64,000 bases of DNA from an uncultured virus (IMG/VR IMGVR_UViG_3300014914_000005). Lineage: Duplodnaviria > Heunggongvirae > Uroviricota > Caudoviricetes. The notes beneath the pieces are model-generated. The model was not told the origin of the DNA and searched no databases. It was given only the letters and a program-made list of their open reading frames with translations. Position numbers and translations under genes: made by a program. The stretch lies in IMG/VR virus record IMGVR_UViG_3300014914_000005. One strand, written 5' to 3'. Positions 58,114-64,000 of the stretch are shown here, one piece after another (positions within the stretch are counted from its first letter, which is position 1; each line of letters opens with the position of its first letter).

Positions 58114-59634
58114 ATGAAAGTAAGCGAACTGCAGGAAGTTCACCCGTATTACACAAAGCACGTGACGGAGTGGCGGTTTCTGCTTGCCTGTTATGAGGGA
58201 GCCAAGGAATTAATTTCGCTTGGGTATCTTAAACAGAATGAGCGAGAAAGCACTGCCAATTACGAACGTCGGCTTGAAGAGGCTTACGGGTTTGGGTATA
58301 GTAAATCTGTTATCGACTTACTGTGCTTTTACTTATTCAAGAAACCTGTAAAGCGGGATTTGGGTGATATACAGAATGATGAGCAATGGAACGCTTTTTC
58401 CGAGGACTGTAATTTGTATGGCGATGATCTGGACACGTTCTTGCATACGCAAGCTCGGTACGCTTCCATTATGGGCCATGTGGGAATATTAGTAGACAAG
58501 GCCTCTGTTGAATTTGAAAACAAACAAGCTGAATTGGAAGCCGGTGTATATCCATATCTTGCATCTTATTTTCCAACTGCAATTTTGGATTGGAAATTTG
58601 AGCGAGACGAATATAACCGTCCATTCCTTGCTTATCTGAAACTGAAAGACGATGATGACAAATACAGATTATGGTACCCGGACAAATGGGAAGTGTACGA
58701 AGAGCCGGAAGTGCCCGCGCCACCGGTACCAAAAGCGGCTAATCAGCAAACCACTGACACCGGTACTATTTCAACAGCCGGTTCTGACTTGGAAGCCGAA
58801 CTTGTCGACAGCGGTGAGAACCCACTTGGTGCAATACCGTTTGTATGGCTATATAACGTCCGGAGCAAGACAATTCCGCTAGGCACATCGGACATTCACG
58901 ACGTAGGCCGTATTGACGTGTCAATTATGTGTAATCTGTCTCAAGGCGAGGAGATTATTAGTTACGCCGCGTTCCCAATGATGCGAAAGCCAATGCAGGA
59001 AGCAGGCGCACCCAGCGGTCCTGATGAGGTCGGTGTAACAGCTGTTTTGGAATTCGACCCGGAAAATCCAGAATCGAAACCAGACTGGTTGGATGCACAA
59101 GTGGCAGAACCCATCGACGCAATACTCACATGGATTGGCAGGAAGGTAGAAGAGATTTACAGAGCCGCAAATACTGGCGGTATGGCTTCAACCGAAATCC
59201 AAACAACGGCAAAAAGCGGAGTAGCGTTACGGACCGAATTTCAATTGCTCAATAGTAAGCTTGTGAGCAAGGCCACGAATCTTGAAAAGGCAGAAGTTAA
59301 GCTGATCGACTTTTGGTTACAATGGCAAGAGAATGAAGAGGCCATGGATAAAGTAACTATTGAGCGCGAGCGAACATATGACATTGAAAACCTTGCCGAG
59401 GACTTGGAGAATGCCTTAACGTCCATGACCATTGTAAAGGCCCGTAAATTTCTTGATGCGGTCCGTAAACAAGTTGTGCGACGCATGCTCCCGGGATATA
59501 CAGATGAGCAGATTTCTGAATTGGATGACGAGATTGAAAACATGGAAGACATGCCGCCTGTATCCGAAGCCGCTTTTCAGCCCGGAGCCGGTCAGCCTTT
59601 CGTAGCGCCAGAACCAGAACCGGAAGAAGAATAA
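58114..59634 (+). CDS. portal protein
   Basis: HPYY..W, LGAIPFV, SGVAL; size and position. Confidence 0.8.
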   Translation: MKVSELQEVHPYYTKHVTEWRFLLACYEGAKELISLGYLKQNERESTANYERRLEEAYGFGYSKSVIDLLCFYLFKKPVKRDLGDIQNDEQWNAFSEDCNLYGDDLDTFLHTQARYASIMGHVGILVDKASVEFENKQAELEAGVYPYLASYFPTAILDWKFERDEYNRPFLAYLKLKDDDDKYRLWYPDKWEVYEEPEVPAPPVPKAANQQTTDTGTISTAGSDLEAELVDSGENPLGAIPFVWLYNVRSKTIPLGTSDIHDVGRIDVSIMCNLSQGEEIISYAAFPMMRKPMQEAGAPSGPDEVGVTAVLEFDPENPESKPDWLDAQVAEPIDAILTWIGRKVEEIYRAANTGGMASTEIQTTAKSGVALRTEFQLLNSKLVSKATNLEKAEVKLIDFWLQWQENEEAMDKVTIERERTYDIENLAEDLENALTSMTIVKARKFLDAVRKQVVRRMLPGYTDEQISELDDEIENMEDMPPVSEAAFQPGAGQPFVAPEPEPEEE

Positions 59635-59644
59635 GGAGAGATAG

Positions 59645-60706
59645 ATGCCTCTTCCAACTTTAGCAGAATTACAAGAAGTCGCGGTTCAGTTTGAAACGTC
59701 TACCGAATTCTCTGCTTGGTTAAATGAGAATTATACTGCGGCTGAAAGACGCCAGATTGTTACGATGTTTCGTGGCGCTGGTTATACAGGTCAACCAACC
59801 AGACATTTTTGGAGGACTGCCTATGCACAAGCCAGATTACAAGTTGTTCGGAGTACGGTAACAAGAACCAATGGACTTTTGGGTAATACAATTCGTGTTA
59901 ATCAAAGGCGATTACAAAAAGCTATTAAGCAATTAGAGCGAAACATTATTGATGCTGCTTCTGAATTGGCCACAGAGCGAGGGCGTTTGGTTTCTGTTCA
60001 AGCCAACCTAAAAGTATTACAAAGGATTCATTCACGGTTAACCTTTTTGTTTGATGAGGAATATGGAGAAGGAGTGAGGCGAAGTATAAGTGGCTTTGAT
60101 GCTATACTTACAAACATTAGTCAGAATTTCCGTGACCTTAATGTGGTAATGGAGTTTACAAGCGTTGATAGAGATATCATTGCAAGTTTACGCCAAACAA
60201 CCTTTAATAACTTTGCGGCGTATGGGGAAGCGGCTCAACAGCGGTTAGTTACTGAGATGTACAATCAAGTTGTTGCTGGAAACAAGATGTCGACATTGAC
60301 TAACATTATAACAGGTATATTCACAGGACATGTCGATGTTCGTGGTCGTCCAATGGTAACATACGCTAATCAGTATGCGTTTGATTCGGTAATGAATTTT
60401 CATAATACTGTCAACAATAAGAAAGCGGAGGACACAGGACTTATTCATTTCCTTTATATGGGTGACATTATAAAAACAAGCCGTCCGTTTTGTATTCGTC
60501 GCGCTGGTCGCATGTATACAAAAGAAGAAATAGAATCATGGGATACAATGCCATGGGCGGGCAAATCAGGACCGGCGTTTACACATCGGGGAGGATATAA
60601 TTGTCGACATCACTGGGTCGGTGTCCGTCCTGAATGGGTACCAGAAGAAGGTGTAGATGTACAAACTTACGAAGGATTTGTTGGGCCACGAGATCGGCAG
60701 CGTTAA
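59645..60706 (+). CDS. minor head / MuF-like protein
   Basis: SRPFC...GGYNCRHHW; follows the portal. Confidence 0.75.
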   Translation: MPLPTLAELQEVAVQFETSTEFSAWLNENYTAAERRQIVTMFRGAGYTGQPTRHFWRTAYAQARLQVVRSTVTRTNGLLGNTIRVNQRRLQKAIKQLERNIIDAASELATERGRLVSVQANLKVLQRIHSRLTFLFDEEYGEGVRRSISGFDAILTNISQNFRDLNVVMEFTSVDRDIIASLRQTTFNNFAAYGEAAQQRLVTEMYNQVVAGNKMSTLTNIITGIFTGHVDVRGRPMVTYANQYAFDSVMNFHNTVNNKKAEDTGLIHFLYMGDIIKTSRPFCIRRAGRMYTKEEIESWDTMPWAGKSGPAFTHRGGYNCRHHWVGVRPEWVPEEGVDVQTYEGFVGPRDRQR

Positions 60707-60735
60707 AAATAAATCCATGAGTAAGGAGAGGTGTA

Positions 60736-61029
60736 ATGATTTATAAAGTACCCATTGAGAGTGGAAACGGTGAAGGTTATGTGACGTACGATGAGGAGAC
60801 AAAGACCTCGGAAGTTGTATTTACCGACCAAAAAGCCGCAAAAGCCATACGACGATATTTAGATACCGAACGGGACTTTTGGATTCCCGTATCACAGGAT
60901 TTAGAAGACTATGAAGTAATCCGTCGAAAACCGTTAAGTGACCGATGTTATTGGGAATTGTCCCTCTGTACATTACACGCGCACTTGGGCATTTGGGTTT
61001 CATGGGATAAGATGACATATTCTGAATAA
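60736..61029 (+). CDS. hypothetical protein
   Basis: GGAGAGG RBS. Confidence 0.55.
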   Translation: MIYKVPIESGNGEGYVTYDEETKTSEVVFTDQKAAKAIRRYLDTERDFWIPVSQDLEDYEVIRRKPLSDRCYWELSLCTLHAHLGIWVSWDKMTYSE

Positions 61030-61184
61030 TCCAATAAAATAAATCAGTTATTTGTTTTTACATTTTTTTAAAGAAAAACCAAAAAAATCGATTGACTAAA
61101 ATATTTTTTATTTAATAAAACGGAACCTGATAATGTTTGCGATCCCGAGAAGAATTTTAGCAAGGAAGTACAATGGTTAAGAGC

Positions 61185-61249
61185 GCACCGGATGGTGCAA
61201 TACCAAACAACTTATTAACGGTCCCGGATGGGACAAGGAGGCGGATGCC
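61185..61249 (+). promoter_or_regulatory. three CGGATG-loop hairpins in the scaffold leader
   Basis: GCACCGGATGGTGC, GTCCCGGATGGGAC, GGCGGATGCC. Confidence 0.6.
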
Positions 61250-62119
61250 ATGACATGGAAATTGAAGCTTGATGAAGAAGGCAAACCAGTATTCCAAGAG
61301 GAAAAGCCTGTGTATATCGACCCGGATGGGAAAGAGATTGCACTAGACCCTCCCAGCATGTACGTCAAGATTATTGATCTTGGCAAAGAGAATAAGACGC
61401 GCCGGGAAGAGGCAGATGGCTTGTCGACAAAGTTGAAACTGTTTGAGGGAATCGACGATTTGGAGGAGTGGAAAAAGAAAGCAGACGATTCCATTGTAGC
61501 GGTTGAAAATTTTAACGACAAAGATTGGATGAAAGCCGAAAAAGTCGAGAAGCTGAAAAGCGAAATGAAGAGTGCTTACGAGGAGCAAGAGAGCAATTTG
61601 AAAAGAAGCTTTACAGCTAAAGAGGACGATTACAAGGGAACGATCAACAAGAAAGATCTACAGATTCGAACTCTTATGGTCTCCAACCGTTTTGCGACAT
61701 CACCATTTTTTAGCGGAACAAACCCGAAAACAATTCTGCCGCCTGATATGGCTGAGACCTACTTTGGAAAATACTTCCGGGTAGAGGAAGACAATAACAG
61801 CGGTGAATTGAGCCTAGTGGCTTATGACAAGAATAACGATCCCATTTTGTCCCGGCAGAACCCGGGAGAGATCGCAGGCTTTGATGAGGCCATGGCTGTT
61901 ATTTGGGAAGCCTACCCACAAAAGGATGCATTAATTCGTGGAGGCAAAAAAGGTTCTGGTGCTGGTGGTGGACAAGGCGATGATGAATTTGGTACTGATG
62001 CCGACCTCAAAAAGCTGGAAGAGCAGTATGCTGCGGCTAAAGAGGCTGGTGACGGAAAACAAATGGTTGCTCTTAAGAACCGTATTTTCGATCTAAAGCA
62101 AAAGAAAGCCGCTGCATAA
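61250..62119 (+). CDS. capsid scaffolding protein
   Basis: charged coiled-coil, GSGAGGG linker; precedes the MCP. Confidence 0.75.
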   Translation: MTWKLKLDEEGKPVFQEEKPVYIDPDGKEIALDPPSMYVKIIDLGKENKTRREEADGLSTKLKLFEGIDDLEEWKKKADDSIVAVENFNDKDWMKAEKVEKLKSEMKSAYEEQESNLKRSFTAKEDDYKGTINKKDLQIRTLMVSNRFATSPFFSGTNPKTILPPDMAETYFGKYFRVEEDNNSGELSLVAYDKNNDPILSRQNPGEIAGFDEAMAVIWEAYPQKDALIRGGKKGSGAGGGQGDDEFGTDADLKKLEEQYAAAKEAGDGKQMVALKNRIFDLKQKKAAA

Positions 62120-62149
62120 AAACCCTATACTTAATGGAGGATTTTTATT

Positions 62150-63112
62150 ATGGCGAATGTAAATGCTGCAGCGACCGTTTGGAATTGCCCTAACTATACA
62201 GGCGAGCTGTATCTTATCGGCGCAAACAAGACGCCGTTTCTTAACATGATTGGTGGACTGCAAGGCGGACGAATCCGGACCGTTGGAGATTTTCAGTTTC
62301 CGCTGGCACAGCCCTGGGCTCTGGAGGCCGCTTCTCAGCCTGAAATTACAGAGACCGCTTCTCTCACCGCCCCAAACCCATGGACCTATGTACGTGATCA
62401 GGATGTTAATACTGTCCAGATTTTTCAGCGACAGGTAAGCGTATCTTACGCAAAACAGTCTGTCACAGGTCAAGTCACCGCTGATGCTACCACAGGCCTT
62501 GTCGACATTAACGACGGTCAGCCCGTACAGAATGAGAGGGACTTTCAAATCTCTGCTCATATGCGGCAAATTTCTGTCAATGTCGATTACACCTTTCTTA
62601 ATGGTGCATACCAGCAAGCCACAGCGGCAAATGTCGCCGCAAAGAACCGCGGGATTATTACCGCCTGCACAACCAATACCGTGAACGCCGCTGCCGCTGC
62701 CTTGTCTAAGGCTTTGGTGGACCAGTTGCTCCGGACCATGGCCTCTAATGGCGCTGAGTTTGTCAACCCGGTCATCTTCTGCAATGCTTTCCAAAAACAG
62801 AAGCTGAGTGATATTTACGGGTATGCGCCCCAAGACAGAAATGTCGGTGGTTACAATATCAAACAGATCGAAACGGACTTCGCCGTCCTTGGTATTGTAT
62901 GGGCTCCCAATGTCCCAGCTGCTACTCTGTTGATCGCCGATCTGGCGTTCTGTTCCCCAGTGTTCCTGGCGGTCCCGGAAAAAGGTGTTCTGTTCTATGA
63001 AGAGCTTGCCAAGACCGGAGCCAGTGAAAAGGGCCAGATTTACGGACAGATTGGATTGGATTATGGACCGGAGGAGTACCACGGAACCATCACCAGTCTG
63101 GCCACCTCCTAG
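62150..63112 (+). CDS. major capsid protein
   Basis: TPFLNMIGG, NTVQIFQRQVSVS, IETDF, ELAKTGASEKGQIYGQIGL. Confidence 0.85.
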   Translation: MANVNAAATVWNCPNYTGELYLIGANKTPFLNMIGGLQGGRIRTVGDFQFPLAQPWALEAASQPEITETASLTAPNPWTYVRDQDVNTVQIFQRQVSVSYAKQSVTGQVTADATTGLVDINDGQPVQNERDFQISAHMRQISVNVDYTFLNGAYQQATAANVAAKNRGIITACTTNTVNAAAAALSKALVDQLLRTMASNGAEFVNPVIFCNAFQKQKLSDIYGYAPQDRNVGGYNIKQIETDFAVLGIVWAPNVPAATLLIADLAFCSPVFLAVPEKGVLFYEELAKTGASEKGQIYGQIGLDYGPEEYHGTITSLATS

Positions 63113-63167
63113 TCATTGCTCTAGGTAGTAATGGCATTCACATTTTGAAGAAAGGAGGATTCTGATT

Positions 63168-63332
63168 ATGGCTTTCAGGTATAACAAAGAAGACGTAAAA
63201 AACTTTGTGGAGAAGAACCCGGCCGTCCCTCCGAAAATGAGGGAATATTTTTCCTATGTCAACAATAACCTGTTGACATGGCCGACCACGACCACCACCA
63301 CCACAACCACCACCACAACCACAACCGCTTAA
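63168..63332 (+). CDS. 54-aa protein ending in 14 Thr + Ala (not in ORF track); possible capsid decoration
   Basis: GGAGG RBS; MAFRYNKEDVKNF...WPTTTTTTTTTTTTTTA*. Confidence 0.7.
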   Translation: MAFRYNKEDVKNFVEKNPAVPPKMREYFSYVNNNLLTWPTTTTTTTTTTTTTTA

Positions 63333-63377
63333 TAGTTTATTAAACCGAGTTGTGAAGTTGAATAGGAGGACGTTGTA

Positions 63378-63842
63378 ATGACAGAAGGACGAAAAAGAAA
63401 GTTTTATAGAGCTAACTTGCCCACGGTTGTTTGGGATGCTGGAAATGATAGAGCACTTGCCGAATTTGTCAATGGTCAGTTTGTTACAAGGGATCAAGAC
63501 GTCGCCAAGAAGCTTTTGGGTTTGGGATATGTAGAGGTTGATATTAGTGCCGATGCACCGCCTCCGCTGCCTGACCCACCCATTCAACCGGCTGCAAGTC
63601 CGGATGTCCCACTGGCTGGCGCTTATGCAAAGGAGCAAGCCGGTTCTGCTGAAGACGATGAGGATGAGAAAGAAGTAAAACCGGAGACCGAAGAGACGTT
63701 CACTGGTACTGATTCTCCGGAGACGCCTGAAGCAAAAGAAAAGAAACCGGCTAAGAAAAAAGCTTCTACGAAAAAGAAGTCAACCAAGTCGACGGCATCC
63801 AAAAAAGCTGCTTCCCGTTCTCTAAAGGGACGAGCAAAATAA
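63378..63842 (+). CDS. hypothetical protein with Pro, acidic and Lys-rich tail
   Basis: GGAGG RBS; follows the MCP. Confidence 0.65.
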   Translation: MTEGRKRKFYRANLPTVVWDAGNDRALAEFVNGQFVTRDQDVAKKLLGLGYVEVDISADAPPPLPDPPIQPAASPDVPLAGAYAKEQAGSAEDDEDEKEVKPETEETFTGTDSPETPEAKEKKPAKKKASTKKKSTKSTASKKAASRSLKGRAK

Positions 63843-63854
63843 AAAGGGTGTGTC

Positions 63855-64000
63855 ATGGCGAATTATTCTACCGATCCGGATTTAGTGAAAATCCGTCCTA
63901 ATATCCTTGAGCTTGGTGTCGCCTCTTGGAATACACAGCATACAGAAGCCAAAGCCCAGATCGACAGGATTTTGGAGTCTCGCTGGTATAATGAGGTGGC
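63855..64000 (+). CDS. probable head-tail adaptor, partial
   Basis: MANYSTDPDLVKIRP...; open to the window edge. Confidence 0.5.
   Translation, partial: MANYSTDPDLVKIRPNILELGVASWNTQHTEAKAQIDRILESRWYNEV

Noticed and set aside
1..64000. tRNA, rRNA, integrase or transposase genes
   Set aside because: None recognised by eye; tRNAscan-SE and HMM searches are needed to exclude them formally.

Overview
This window is most of the genome of a tailed dsDNA bacteriophage. The structural operon runs off the right edge and a structural-type ORF ends at base 36, so the genome is probably circularly permuted. The host is unknown; a Gram-negative, possibly Desulfobacterota-like host is only inferred. Plus strand 1-7.4 kb: a membrane protein, a secreted FN3 protein, a glycan-building cluster (GT4, GT9-methyltransferase fusion, sulfotransferase-like protein, methyltransferase, a GT-A enzyme with polypeptide-GalNAc-transferase-like motifs, TylF) and an NlpC/P60 lysin. 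Minus strand 7.8-46.4 kb: ThyA, split SbcC plus SbcD, resolvase, RecA, SSB-like and UvsY-like proteins, DnaX, UDG-PolA, DnaN, a 7-deazaguanine DNA-modification set (DpdA, PRTase-FolE, QueC, QueE, QueD), DnaB, initiator, primase, SF2 helicase, two frameshifted HNH genes and an amidoligase/GATase/GGCT set behind a structured leader. Plus strand 46.6-64 kb: TerS, TerL, a cassette bracketed by two inverted 12x10-bp arrays, putative decoration/fibre genes, portal, MuF, scaffold and major capsid. The best candidate for a new system is six late-region ORFs carrying terminal poly-threonine tracts (mostly ending TTTV-stop) together with a phage-encoded ppGalNAc-T-like enzyme and glycan-tailoring enzymes, suggesting tag-directed, mucin-like O-glycosylation of the virion. 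All calls come from motif recognition by eye; no database searches were run.
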